Below, piece by piece: positions 29,101 through 37,757 of a stretch of 64,000 nucleotides of DNA (the stretch's first letter is position 1; each line of letters starts with the position of its first letter). The position numbers and the translations under genes are program-made. Where the stretch lies: assembly GCA_965648905.1 (NCBI GenBank), contig CBFGIT010000005.1, positions 68,335 to 132,334 on the forward strand. The letters run 5' to 3'. This stretch comes from a candidate division WOR-3 bacterium (GTDB lineage Bacteria; Hydrothermota; Tepidihabitantia; Tepidihabitantales; Tepidihabitantaceae). The notes under the pieces were generated by a model, which ran no database searches, was not told the origin of the DNA, and worked only from the letters and a program-made list of their open reading frames with translations.

Positions 29101-29701
29101 GCGGCTTTTCCAGATACGGGTTGCCGGTGGCCGATTCTTCGATGGTCGCGCTGGAGATGATTTCGAACTGGAGGTTGAAGCGCTGTCGCAGCTCGTCCTG
29201 CCATTGGGTCGCCAGGTTGCCGGGGCAGCATATCAGGCAGCGCTTCAGGTCGCCGCGGATGAGGAGTTCGCGCATCAGGAGGCCGGCCATAATCGTCTTG
29301 CCTGAACCAGGGTCGTCGGCCAAGAGAAACCGCATCGGCTGGCGCGGCAGCATCTCTTCGTAGACCGCGGTTATCTGGTGGGGCAGGGGTTCGACCAGGG
29401 ACGTGTGGACCGCGAAGAGCGGATCGAACAGGTGGGCGAGCCTGATGCGGTGGGCCTCAGCGACCAGCCGGAGCAGAGCGCCGTCACCGTCGAGGCTCCA
29501 TGCCCGACCCGGCTGCACGACCTCCAGGGCAGGTTCGTTGTCCCGGTAGACGAGCTGGCTGCCGAGCGCACCGGCCGGGTCTTTGTACGTCAGCTCAACG
29601 ACATTCGACCCGTGCCACTTGACATCCACGACCGCGACCGGCACGCCGGGCAGGATTCCCTTGACTTGTGCGCCACGCAGCAGGTCTTCTAGTCTTGCCA
29701 T
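26168..29701 (-). CDS. SNF2-family helicase with C-terminal DUF3883 nuclease domain
   Basis: LLADDPGSGKT, DEAH, TATPH, NYDLPWNP, QRFGRIHRIGQ; GYDIES..FIEVKGR. Confidence 0.92.
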   Translation of the reverse strand: MARLEDLLRGAQVKGILPGVPVAVVDVKWHGSNVVELTYKDPAGALGSQLVYRDNEPALEVVQPGRAWSLDGDGALLRLVAEAHRIRLAHLFDPLFAVHTSLVEPLPHQITAVYEEMLPRQPMRFLLADDPGSGKTIMAGLLMRELLIRGDLKRCLICCPGNLATQWQDELRQRFNLQFEIISSATIEESATGNPYLEKPLVISRLDHMSRNERIQAMLQQTEWDLIVVDEAHKMSAHYYGNEVKETMRYKLGRLLGSPERTRHLLFLTATPHSGKEEDFQLFMALLDADRFEGRFRDGVHVTDTHDLMRRLVKEQLVKFDGTPLFPERRAYTVKYDLSLAEAQLYAHVTDYVRNEMNRADRLAAEGEGRRGNRVGFALTTLQRRLASSPEAIYKSLQRRRERLEKRLREAKLLRRGRDAELEEPSGLPDIDEEHLLDLDDAPDDEVEQLEDTIVEQASAARTIAELEAEIATLKTLEAEAGQLRRQGTDRKWEELSRLIQNRTQMFDARGLRRKLIIFSEHRDTINYLVSKIRSLLGRAEEVVVIHGGLGREERRKMQELFTQDKDVHILVATDAAGEGINLQRAHLLVNYDLPWNPNRLEQRFGRIHRIGQTEVCHMWSLVAHETREGDVYYRLLEKLRTEREALGGGVFDVLGKAFEGTELRKLLIEAIRYGDRPEVKARLNQVIDEKLDHEHLCDLLEERALAHDAMDAAKVRRVREDMERAEARRLQPHFIRTFFIEAFRRLGGTIHEREPRRFEIKHVPAALRQRDRLIGVGTPLLSRYERICFDKELMSLSGKPMAEFVCPGHPLLDATIDLLLERDRDVLKRGAVLVDPTDTSDRVRMLFFLEHALQDGRLNRDGTRRIVSKRLQFMEIDRDGNVRNAGSAPYLNYAPISEENRRLIAGELEADWLTRDHESTILQYAAEHLIPRHLEEVRRTKLDLISRTSQAVKERLSKEINYWDHRANQLKEQELAGKPNARMNSGKARQRADELQARMQKRLEELEQERSISPLPPVVIGGALVVPQGLIDRLSGQAPAVHDRAEADRKAVEQLAMAAVMATERRLGRLPQDVSDQNLGYDIESAIPNTGRLLFIEVKGRAENADTVTITKNEILTGLNKPDEYILAIVPVAGQTASEPIYIKSPFQREPDFGVTSVNYSLSELLARGRSRTDKA

Positions 29702-29722
29702 CGATGCTTTTCCAGGAGCGCT

Positions 29723-29750
29723 AGTCTAGGCATGTCGACTGAGAAGTCAA
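29723..29750 (-). promoter_or_regulatory. Sigma70 promoter of the restriction-like operon
   Basis: TTGACT-N16-TAGACT, ending 21 nt before the ATG at 29701. Confidence 0.65.
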
Positions 29751-29929
29751 GCGCCCGCTGGCCGCCTTGGAGCCGATGTTGCGTCAACCTGGAAGGCCGC
29801 AGTGCACCGAACCGGCAAGACGAGGAAACGAAGTCCGGGCGTGAGCGTCCGGGCGAGCCGGATGACCAGGTCCCCAAGGCGATACCGAGGAAGGAGCGCG
29901 GCGGCCAGACTCGGTCAGAACCGGGGTAG

Positions 29930-30154
29930 TTAGAGAAGAGAGGCGAACTGGTCGACGGTAAGCCCGGACGCACGAATCAGGGACCGGAGCGTGCCTTTGG
30001 CAGGTTCGGGGTGGTCGGGTACTGACAGGCGTCGGTGAGGAGGCGACCGGTGACGCAGGATGATGTGGCTACAGGTTTGATGGTCGATTTCGTAGCCGAG
30101 CTTGCACAAGGCCTTGACCGCGTCGCGGCCCGAGACCAGCGGTAACTTGCTCAG
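29930..30154 (-). CDS. hicA: HicA-family toxin (CTG start or degenerate)
   Basis: SKLPLVSGRDAVKAL..GY..SHIIL..VPDH..KGTLRSLIR. Confidence 0.8.
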   Translation of the reverse strand: MSKLPLVSGRDAVKALCKLGYEIDHQTCSHIILRHRSPPHRRLSVPDHPEPAKGTLRSLIRASGLTVDQFASLL

Positions 30155-30363
30155 ACCGCCACCTCGACTACTTCTTCGATGATTGCTGGAGGGATCGGTT
30201 CGTTGTGCTTGGCCAGGCTGGTCAGGTAGCCTTGAATCGCGTCGGCGATATTGGCTAATGCCTCGTCGCGAGTCTTGCCCTGAGAGATGCAACCGGGCAG
30301 GGATGGGCACTCGACGACAAACACGCCGTCCTCGTCCTGTTCGATGATGACTCGGTATTTCAC
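30151..30363 (-). CDS. hicB: HicB-family antitoxin (short)
   Basis: EQDEDGVFVVECPSLPGCISQGKTRDEALANIADAI; promoter TTGACG-N17-TACACT at 30379-30407. Confidence 0.9.
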   Translation of the reverse strand: MKYRVIIEQDEDGVFVVECPSLPGCISQGKTRDEALANIADAIQGYLTSLAKHNEPIPPAIIEEVVEVAV

Positions 30364-30443
30364 ATTGGCTCCTGGTTCAGTGTAGTGGCAGGGGGCGGGT
30401 ACGTCAAATCAGTGCAGCGTGCTTCTGGCCGCGGCGTCGGGGG

Positions 30444-31769
30444 CTAGAGCTTGCGGACCTGGGGGCGGAGGAGGGAGACTGTGATGAGGCTGGCGAGGAC
30501 AACCGAGCCGCCAGCAATCGTGGCCGCAGGTGCGCCGAAGCGCTGGGCCACGCTCCCGGCAAAGAAGCTGCCAATCGGGAACATGCCGTTGAAGGCAAGG
30601 GTGTAGACCGACATGACCCGACCCCGCATCTGGTCCGGGGCGAGGAGCTGAATCATGGTGTTGGTCAGGGATGCGACCGTGGTCTGGCAGAATCCCATGA
30701 GCACCATTGCCACAAGGGCCAGGCGCAGGTCGCGTACGAATGAGAAGACGATGAGCAGGACCGAGAGCAGGAAGGTGACGATGGTGAGGAACAGGCCGCG
30801 CCGGGCAGTGCGGCTGACCGTGGCAAGGGTGAGCCCGCCGGCGACCGCGCCGATGCCGAGCGAGGTCATCATCAGGCCGTAGCCGCCCGCTCCCGAGCCG
30901 AGGACGTCGCGGGCAAAGACCGGCATCAGCGGCAAGTAGACGATGCCGAATGAGCTGAAGACCGCCATCATGATGATGAGGGTCAGGATGTTTCTGTCGG
31001 CCCGGACCAGTCTGAGGCCCGAGAGCATGCGCTGCCAGACCGTCTCGCTGCTTCTCGTCGGCCTTGGGCCGTCGAGCCGGATGAGCAGGAGTGCGCCGAT
31101 GATGGCGAGAAAGCTGACGCTGTTGACGCCGAAGCAGCCGGCCGGGCCGATGATGCCGACGAGCACACCGGCCAGGGCCGGACCAATGACCCGGGCCGAG
31201 TTGAACATCGTCGAGTTGAGCGCAATGGCATTGAGTACGTCGCGGCCGCGAACCAGCTCTGGAACCATGGATTGAACCACCGGTGAGTTGACCGTGACAA
31301 CAAAGCCGGCCAGGGCCGAGATGATAAGGATGTGGGTGATGGTGACAACGCCGGTCCAGGTGAGAACCGCGAGCAGGAGTGCGAGCACGGCGAGAATCGT
31401 CTGAGTGATAATCATCAGGTTGCGCTTGTTGTAGTGGTCGGCAAGCACGCCCGCAGGCAGGGAGACAAACCAGGCCGGCAGCCAGGCAACGGTCGAGTTG
31501 AGCCCGACGATGAAGGCGGAGTTGGAAAGCTGGAGCACAAGCCAGCCTGAGGCGATGCTCTGAATCCAGGTGCCGATGAGCGAGATAAACGCACCGAACC
31601 AGTAGAGCCGGAAGTTGCGATGCTGGAACGCGGCAAGAGTCGGCGGCAGGAAAGACCGGAACCGGGCCGGGGTGGTGTCCAGGGCCTGGGTGTCAACAGG
31701 AATCGTGGCCAGGGACGGCTCGTGGTCAGGACGAGCTTGAGAAGGCGAGTCGTTGTCAGTGCTGGACAA
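30444..31769 (-). CDS. MFS transporter (MFS_3/DHA3-like)
   Basis: AFQHRNFRLYW, GVLADHYNKRNLM, NSARVIGPALAG, MRGRVMS; about 12 TM. Confidence 0.92.
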   Translation of the reverse strand: MSSTDNDSPSQARPDHEPSLATIPVDTQALDTTPARFRSFLPPTLAAFQHRNFRLYWFGAFISLIGTWIQSIASGWLVLQLSNSAFIVGLNSTVAWLPAWFVSLPAGVLADHYNKRNLMIITQTILAVLALLLAVLTWTGVVTITHILIISALAGFVVTVNSPVVQSMVPELVRGRDVLNAIALNSTMFNSARVIGPALAGVLVGIIGPAGCFGVNSVSFLAIIGALLLIRLDGPRPTRSSETVWQRMLSGLRLVRADRNILTLIIMMAVFSSFGIVYLPLMPVFARDVLGSGAGGYGLMMTSLGIGAVAGGLTLATVSRTARRGLFLTIVTFLLSVLLIVFSFVRDLRLALVAMVLMGFCQTTVASLTNTMIQLLAPDQMRGRVMSVYTLAFNGMFPIGSFFAGSVAQRFGAPAATIAGGSVVLASLITVSLLRPQVRKL

Positions 31770-31832
31770 GGGGCAGATTCTAGCGCGGTTCGGGCAAGTG
31801 TAAACCCGGGCAGCGTCGGGCTACATGCGCGG

Positions 31833-34364
31833 TCAGTTCTGGACTTTGAGTCCGAGCATCCAGCGGAACGCGAACTGGTGATTGGGTCTGGTCAGGTCGT
31901 AGCGCCAGAGGGGAAAGTCGGCGTAGACTGGCCCGAGGCGCAACCTGATACCGGCGTCCAGTTTCGGCTGCCAGAACAGGTCAGGGTCAAGGCGGTCGCT
32001 CGCGTTGCCGATGTCAAAGAAGGGCTGGATGAGTCGGACCGGCGCGAAGTACAAGTTTGCTCCCCAGGCATGACGGCCGTGGAGGTACTCGCCGGCGAAT
32101 CCTCGGATGTTGGCGTCGGCGTCGTAGTGCCAGCGCTCCTGACCTGAAGTCCAACCGAGGTAGCCCCAACTGACCGGTTCCTCGGGAGTGGCGATGAGTC
32201 CGCCGGAGAGGTAGAACTGCTCCTGGGCTGGTGTGTTGCCGCTGATAGTTCCGGCAAAGACTCGGAGCGTGACCGCGGAGTTGACATGCCAGCGGAAGGT
32301 GTGAATCTGCTCGATGCTCGCCTTCCAGTAGCTGAAGTCGCCACCGAGTTCGGGCAACCCCCAAGCCAGATAGAGTCGCTGGCAGCCTTTGAAATTGCGG
32401 AGTTCGTAGGTATGGGTGAGTCTTGTCCGCAGGTCAGAGAAAGCGGCCGAGTCCCAGGCGCGGCGGTCACGCAGGCGCAGGTCGTACAGGCTCAGGAACC
32501 GGTAGCCGAGTTCTGCGGTCAGTTGCGGCGGTCGAAAGACCGGGCCGAGTTCATAGACGAGATTGGCCCGGGCTCCAGCTTCGACACCAGAGCGGTCAAG
32601 CCCGACCATGAACCGGAGCCGGTTGGTGATGAACTCAAGCGGGGTCGAGTAGCTCAGGCTCGAGTGCCAGTCTCTCAGTCTGGTCGAGTAGGTCTGGCTC
32701 AGCATCCACATGTGGCGGCCGCGCAAGGGGCCCGCGTCAACAAACAGCCGGCCCATGAGCCAGGCCTGGAGCTGGAAGCCGTGGTAGTTGTCAAGCCAGA
32801 CATAGGGGCCGTAGAAGATCTGGTAGGTAGAGAAACTCGGCAGGCCCATTATCGGTCGCACTTCGACCCGGCACAGGTTGAGTCGGGAAGGGATAAGGGT
32901 GTCGGCCGGGTCTTCAGTTGCATGTCGGGCAGAGAAGCCGGGGAAAGAGTGCTCGAAGTCGGTTGGCGTCGGATGTCGGCCACGAGTTGAGTTGAGGTAG
33001 CCTTGCATCAGGCTATCAAATCGGTACGAGCCGAGTTGCTGCTCAGTTGCGTGCAGGAGCAGTCCGGGTCTTGAGAGGTTCCAGGCTGCGAATCCAAGCG
33101 GGTCACGGCAGGTGAGCGGGTTGCGACACAGGGTGTGGTTTGAGGCAGCGATGTAGTAGCTGGCACGGTGGAAGTACGTGGCGCTGAGCCCGGGGAATAG
33201 AAAGAGAAGAAGCGGCTGGTCCACAAGGTTTGTGCGTCCATACCGGGAAGCGAGGTACCGCATCTCAGCATGGGCAGCCGGGCCCAGGGCAAGCCAGGGG
33301 CTTTCAAGCATATCAACGCCGGGACCGAACCACTGGAGCGCAATCTGGCGGGCAAGGGTCTGTTCGAACAGGCGCGTGCCAGGAATCGGGCGCTGGGCCA
33401 GGATTACCAGGCCAGGATAGGAAGCGTCTACTGCGGCGATGCCCGCAGCCTGGACTACGGTGAGTTGTTCATACGGGTAAGGGCTATACCAGTCCGAGTA
33501 GTGCCGGACAATGTCGGCGATGCGGTCCATGGTTTCAGGCCATTCCCAGTTAGACCGGCCCGGGCTGAGCAACTGAATCGCGGTGCCGGCAACTGAGTCG
33601 GCAAACGTGACAAGTCCAGACCCGGCAAACAAGGCGAAGTCAGGGACGTTTCGAGCGACGAAGCGATGGGTTATATCAGCGTCCGGTTCTGGCCGACAGG
33701 GTAGAGGTCGGCCGGTTGCGACAACGTTCAGGTCAGCCGGAGCTGTGATTGAGACGTCGTAGTCGGCAAACTCGGCCGGCGGATAGCCGTGAACGTGGTA
33801 GCCGTCGACACGCCAGCCTGACTTATGGTACCGGGCGATTTTGGGCAGGCAGTGGGCAAGAATGCAGTTGCGGTTGCGTCGCCCGATTTCACCGGACAAC
33901 TCAGGCAGGGTGACGGTGAAGTCGAGTTTGAGCACAACCGAGTCGCCGGGTGTGAGTGGGGTGGTGAGGTTCACTTCAAGCTCGGTTTCGTGGATTTGGT
34001 GCGCAAGGCCGACACTGCCCGTCTCAATCCGGGTTACAGTAAGCCTGCCGCGGGCTGAAGTTGGTGCGAGCGAGAAGGCAAACCGGTTCTGTTGTTCCAG
34101 TTCGCGGCCATAGGCAGTGCCTGGATGGGTGAAGGCATTGGGGAAGACGTGGAACCAGACGGCGTCGAGTGTCTGGTCAGTGAAGTTGCGGTACGTTACG
34201 GTCAAGGTTCCGAACAGGTTCTGGCAGGGCTGGTCGAGATGCAGTGAAGCAACGTAGCTGACCGGTGCCGGACCGGCCAGGGCTGAGGAGAGTAAGGACA
34301 GCGCCAGTACTGTTGTGGGCAGCTTGAGGCCCGGTAGCATAAGGGGCGGATGGCCCCGCATCAT
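31833..34364 (-). CDS. Inactive M1-aminopeptidase-like domain fused to an Omp85-like beta-barrel; start may be 34340
   Basis: Signal peptide; YRN..L..VWFHVFPNAF, FADYDVSI, YPYEQL; HEXXH replaced by RQIAL; C-terminal FYLSGG..NIRGF..FFDIGN..DAGIRL. Confidence 0.65.
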   Translation of the reverse strand: MMRGHPPLMLPGLKLPTTVLALSLLSSALAGPAPVSYVASLHLDQPCQNLFGTLTVTYRNFTDQTLDAVWFHVFPNAFTHPGTAYGRELEQQNRFAFSLAPTSARGRLTVTRIETGSVGLAHQIHETELEVNLTTPLTPGDSVVLKLDFTVTLPELSGEIGRRNRNCILAHCLPKIARYHKSGWRVDGYHVHGYPPAEFADYDVSITAPADLNVVATGRPLPCRPEPDADITHRFVARNVPDFALFAGSGLVTFADSVAGTAIQLLSPGRSNWEWPETMDRIADIVRHYSDWYSPYPYEQLTVVQAAGIAAVDASYPGLVILAQRPIPGTRLFEQTLARQIALQWFGPGVDMLESPWLALGPAAHAEMRYLASRYGRTNLVDQPLLLFLFPGLSATYFHRASYYIAASNHTLCRNPLTCRDPLGFAAWNLSRPGLLLHATEQQLGSYRFDSLMQGYLNSTRGRHPTPTDFEHSFPGFSARHATEDPADTLIPSRLNLCRVEVRPIMGLPSFSTYQIFYGPYVWLDNYHGFQLQAWLMGRLFVDAGPLRGRHMWMLSQTYSTRLRDWHSSLSYSTPLEFITNRLRFMVGLDRSGVEAGARANLVYELGPVFRPPQLTAELGYRFLSLYDLRLRDRRAWDSAAFSDLRTRLTHTYELRNFKGCQRLYLAWGLPELGGDFSYWKASIEQIHTFRWHVNSAVTLRVFAGTISGNTPAQEQFYLSGGLIATPEEPVSWGYLGWTSGQERWHYDADANIRGFAGEYLHGRHAWGANLYFAPVRLIQPFFDIGNASDRLDPDLFWQPKLDAGIRLRLGPVYADFPLWRYDLTRPNHQFAFRWMLGLKVQN

Positions 34365-35062
34365 CTCGCGGCCGGACTGCCCTGGCTGAACTCACGGCGG
34401 CAGGCAGCCTCAATTTCCTGGACAAGCTGGCGGTCCAGTCCGGATTGCACCGCAGCCTGGGCCTGTTTCTTCAACTCGCACTCAACTGTGTCCGGCTTCG
34501 CGGTTTCGTTCCCGAGCAAGCCGCAGCAGGTTCGGGCATAGGCCAGATAGTTGCGGTCCGACCTGGGACTGACTCGGACAGCATGCAGCAGGTTGCGGAC
34601 CTGTTGTTCGACCCGGACGACCGTGGCCCAGTAGGCGCGGTCGCGTTCCAGACGTTCCTGGATGCGTCGGGCGCGGAGCTGCTCACGCAAAGGCCTTGGG
34701 TCGCGTCGACGGGCCGGCGGTGCCTTGGGCGGGGTCGGCTCGGGTGTCGGCGGTTCTTCAGGCGCTGGCGGCGGAGCGTCGGTCTGGGCTGGTGCTGCGG
34801 TGGTTGTGGTCGGCAGCACGTCGGCGATTCTGTCCCAGGTGGCGTTGCAGGCGGCAAGGTATCCGGTGAGAGTGCGCAGCGTCGGGTTGGGCACAAGTCC
34901 TCTTTCCAGACGCAGCACGTATTTGTAACCGTGGGTCGGGTCGAAGCCAAGACGCCGGGCCAGTTCGGTTTGAGAGACTCCGGCCTTGAATCTCAGTTCC
35001 CGCAATCTCTGTCCGAGCCGGTCCATGCCGGCGAGCGCAGGATGGGCATGGCGTCCCATCAC
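34361..35062 (-). CDS. XRE-family HTH protein with Pro-rich linker
   Basis: LGQRLRELRFKAGVSQTELARRLG..RLERG..NPTLRTL; promoter TTGACA-N16-TAGCAT at 35099-35126. Confidence 0.8.
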   Translation of the reverse strand: MMGRHAHPALAGMDRLGQRLRELRFKAGVSQTELARRLGFDPTHGYKYVLRLERGLVPNPTLRTLTGYLAACNATWDRIADVLPTTTTAAPAQTDAPPPAPEEPPTPEPTPPKAPPARRRDPRPLREQLRARRIQERLERDRAYWATVVRVEQQVRNLLHAVRVSPRSDRNYLAYARTCCGLLGNETAKPDTVECELKKQAQAAVQSGLDRQLVQEIEAACRREFSQGSPAAR

Positions 35063-35160
35063 GTGACCTCGGTGACTCTGATGTCCATTTGCGGGTAGAT
35101 GCTACGGCTTCGGGCCGGCTTGTCAAACCCGGCAGAGATTCAGCCGGCCGATTGTCGGGC

Positions 35161-35219
35161 TTGACCTGAGACTGGTTTGCAAGTAGTCTGTTGACAGAGG
35201 CTTGGTTCCGTGGTAGATT
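35161..35219 (+). promoter_or_regulatory. Tandem sigma70 promoters upstream of pal
   Basis: TTGACC-N17-TAGTCT (35161-35189) and TTGACA-N17-TAGATT (35191-35219). Confidence 0.55.
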
Positions 35220-35323
35220 ACTGCATTGAGAAGACTTGTCTCTGTGTCCGGCGGACTTGACAGTTCAGGCCGTTCCGTGACCAAGGCATCTGCGAAGACT
35301 AGACAAACCAAGGAGGACTGTCG

Positions 35324-35815
35324 ATGAGAACCACAGCCAGAGTCGTAAGCATCCTCTTGGGCGTAACGTTCGTGCTGACCCTGGTCGGCTGCCCCAAGAA
35401 GGCTGTCAAGAGAGAAGAGCCGATTCCGCCGCCGCCCCCGCCTCAGGTTGAGGAGCCGAAGGAACCGGAGTTCACCTGGAATCTGGTGACGATTAACTTC
35501 GATTTCGATAAGTCGGACATCAGGCCGGGCGACGCAAGTAAGCTCCAGGATAACTACGCTCAGATGAGCAAGGCAGCGGACATGGGCCTGAAGCCGACGG
35601 TTACGATCGAAGGCTACTGCGACCCGATCGGCACTTCTGAGTACAACATGGCACTCGGCATGCGCCGGGCCGAATCGGCCAAGTCCTATCTGGTCAAGCT
35701 GGGTGCTGATGCCGGCCGGCTGTCAACAATCAGCTACGGTGAAGAGAAGCTTGTGACGCAGGACCCGGCTCAGTTCGAGCTGAACCGGCGCTGCGAGTTC
35801 AAGGTATCGAAGTAG
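35324..35815 (+). CDS. pal: Peptidoglycan-associated lipoprotein (OmpA domain)
   Basis: Lipobox LVGC; INFDFDKSDI, IEGYCDPIGTSEYNMALGMRRA, ISYGEE, NRRCEF. Confidence 0.9.
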   Translation: MRTTARVVSILLGVTFVLTLVGCPKKAVKREEPIPPPPPPQVEEPKEPEFTWNLVTINFDFDKSDIRPGDASKLQDNYAQMSKAADMGLKPTVTIEGYCDPIGTSEYNMALGMRRAESAKSYLVKLGADAGRLSTISYGEEKLVTQDPAQFELNRRCEFKVSK

Positions 35816-35842
35816 CAGGCGACTAGTCTAGTCTAGTGACTG

Positions 35843-36595
35843 ATGACGGCCGGTAGGCCTCGACTGCGCGCCAGGGTGTTGCTGGGTGCAGGCCGGGGTC
35901 TGCTGGCCGTCGTTGTTCTATCCGGTTGCAGCATCCAGCGAGCTTATGTCAGACGCGGGCAGTTGATTGATTCGACGGCAGTGCGGGTTGACCGGATCGA
36001 GCAGAGGCAGCTCGAACAGGACCAGAAGCTGGCCCGGCTCCGGGCCGACCTCCTGACTCAGCTCGATGCCCTCGACCAGCGTTTCCAGCAGTTGAGCGCG
36101 CAGATTATCGACATGACCCAGCAGGTCGACCGACTCGGTCGTCGGCCGTTCCGCCGACCCGAGCTGTCCGAATCGCTGCCCGGCAAGGATACCTCAGTCG
36201 TGCCGGACGACACAACCGGCCGGCGCGAGGAGCAGGCCTACAGCACCGCATACCTCGACTACATGAAGGGTAAGTACGAGCTGGCCATTACCGGGTTCGA
36301 GGACTTCATCCGGCGATTCCCGAACAGCGACAATGCCGACAATGCCCGGTACTGGATTGGCGAAAGCTACTACTCGATGGGCCGGTACGATGATGCCGAG
36401 CGCGAGTTCCGACGGGTGCTGGCTGACTGGCCGGAAGGCAACAAGGCGTCCGGGGCCGCCTACAAACTCGCCCTGGTCTATCTGGCCCAGAAGCGCAAGC
36501 CCGAAGCCCTGAGCCAGCTTCGCAAAGTCATCAAGAACTATCCTGGAACCAGTGAAGCCCGTCTTGCCCAGGACCGGCTTCAGTCCATGGAGTAA
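35843..36595 (+). CDS. cpoB: Tol-Pal protein YbgF/CpoB
   Basis: Coiled coil then TPRs (AYSTAYLDY..FP.S..ADNARYWIGE); follows pal. Confidence 0.88.
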   Translation: MTAGRPRLRARVLLGAGRGLLAVVVLSGCSIQRAYVRRGQLIDSTAVRVDRIEQRQLEQDQKLARLRADLLTQLDALDQRFQQLSAQIIDMTQQVDRLGRRPFRRPELSESLPGKDTSVVPDDTTGRREEQAYSTAYLDYMKGKYELAITGFEDFIRRFPNSDNADNARYWIGESYYSMGRYDDAEREFRRVLADWPEGNKASGAAYKLALVYLAQKRKPEALSQLRKVIKNYPGTSEARLAQDRLQSME

Positions 36596-36601
36596 CTGGT
36601 A

Positions 36602-37327
36602 ATGCCGGTACCGGCTCAGGCGACCGGCGGTTTCTTCGGTCCTTTCATTCATGCCGGCTGGTTTGCCCAGACGGTCATCGTGGTGCTGCTGCTGCTTTCG
36701 ATTGTCACCTGGGCAGTGGCAATCCGCAAAGCGCGTCAGTTGCGACAGGCGAGCCGTCAGACCCGGCAGTTTCTCAATGTCTTCGGCTTTCGGACCCGGC
36801 TTGGTGACTATGAACGTGTGGCCATGGAGTTGAAGAGTACGCCTTTGGCCAGCCTGCTGCTGGCCGGAGTCAAGGAGTTCAACGCGGTCCGGGCCGAGTT
36901 CGGCAACAGCGCGGACGGGCTTGAGCTAATGCAACAACTGATGCCCAATATTACCGAGGCGATGGAACGGGCCAGCTCGCGCGAAACCGATCGGCTGGAG
37001 AGCTCGATGACCGTGCTTTCCGTGACGACCATGGTCGCGCCTTTCCTCGGGCTGCTTGGCACGGTCCAGGGTGTGCTCAGCACGTTCCTCGGGCTGCGCG
37101 GCGTACAGATTCCGACCCTGCAGACAATCGCGCCCGGCATCTCGGATGCTCTGGTGACAACCGTGATGGGGCTGGTCGTGGCGATACCCGCAGCCTTCTT
37201 CTACAACTACTTTGTGGGGCGGATTCGGCTGCTTCAATCGGAGATGGACCGGTTCTCGTCTGAGCTGACCGGCATCTTCAGGCGGGAAATGGTCTTCTCG
37301 CCGCGGAACGACCGCTCCTCACGCTGA
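36602..37327 (+). CDS. tolQ: TolQ/ExbB proton channel
   Basis: APFLGLLGTVQG, IAPGISDALVTTVMGLVVAIPA. Confidence 0.88.
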   Translation: MPVPAQATGGFFGPFIHAGWFAQTVIVVLLLLSIVTWAVAIRKARQLRQASRQTRQFLNVFGFRTRLGDYERVAMELKSTPLASLLLAGVKEFNAVRAEFGNSADGLELMQQLMPNITEAMERASSRETDRLESSMTVLSVTTMVAPFLGLLGTVQGVLSTFLGLRGVQIPTLQTIAPGISDALVTTVMGLVVAIPAAFFYNYFVGRIRLLQSEMDRFSSELTGIFRREMVFSPRNDRSSR

Positions 37328-37740
37328 TGTCCGGACCGCGCGAGCGCCGGCTCAAGTTCCTGGCCGAGATGAACGTTACCTCGCTGGCCGACGTCAGCTT
37401 CACCTTGATGGTCATTTTCCTGATTGCCGGGGTGTCGACTGCGTTCAGCCGGATGCAGGGGATCGACCTGGAGTTGCCCCGGACGAGTTCGGTTCAGCCT
37501 CAACCCAAAGAAGGTCTGGAAATCAGCATCAAGGCCGACGGTTCGATATTCGTCGGCCGCAAGGCAGTGTCGTTGTCCGGGTTCGCGCGGGCGCTCGGGG
37601 ACCAACTGGCGAGCGGCAACTACGACCGGGTCTATCTCCGGGCCGACAAGAAAGTCGACTACGGCACGGTGATTGCGGTGCTCGGCGAGGTCCGCGAGCA
37701 GGGCATCACGAACATCGGGCTCGTAGCCCTGCCGCGCTAG
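37327..37740 (+). CDS. tolR: TolR/ExbD
   Basis: EMNVTSLADVSFTLMVIF, LRADKKVDYG. Confidence 0.88.
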   Translation: MSGPRERRLKFLAEMNVTSLADVSFTLMVIFLIAGVSTAFSRMQGIDLELPRTSSVQPQPKEGLEISIKADGSIFVGRKAVSLSGFARALGDQLASGNYDRVYLRADKKVDYGTVIAVLGEVREQGITNIGLVALPR

Positions 37741-37757
37741 GGGCGGGTTTTCGTCCG

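Noticed and set aside
29821..29840. GAGGAAACGAAGTCCGGGC, resembling the RNase P RNA GAGGAAAGUCC motif
   Set aside because: It has a 4-nt insertion, the other conserved RNase P segments are not seen, and the space is short.
35823..35837. (CTAGT)x3 microrepeat between pal and cpoB
   Set aside because: Too short to support a functional claim.
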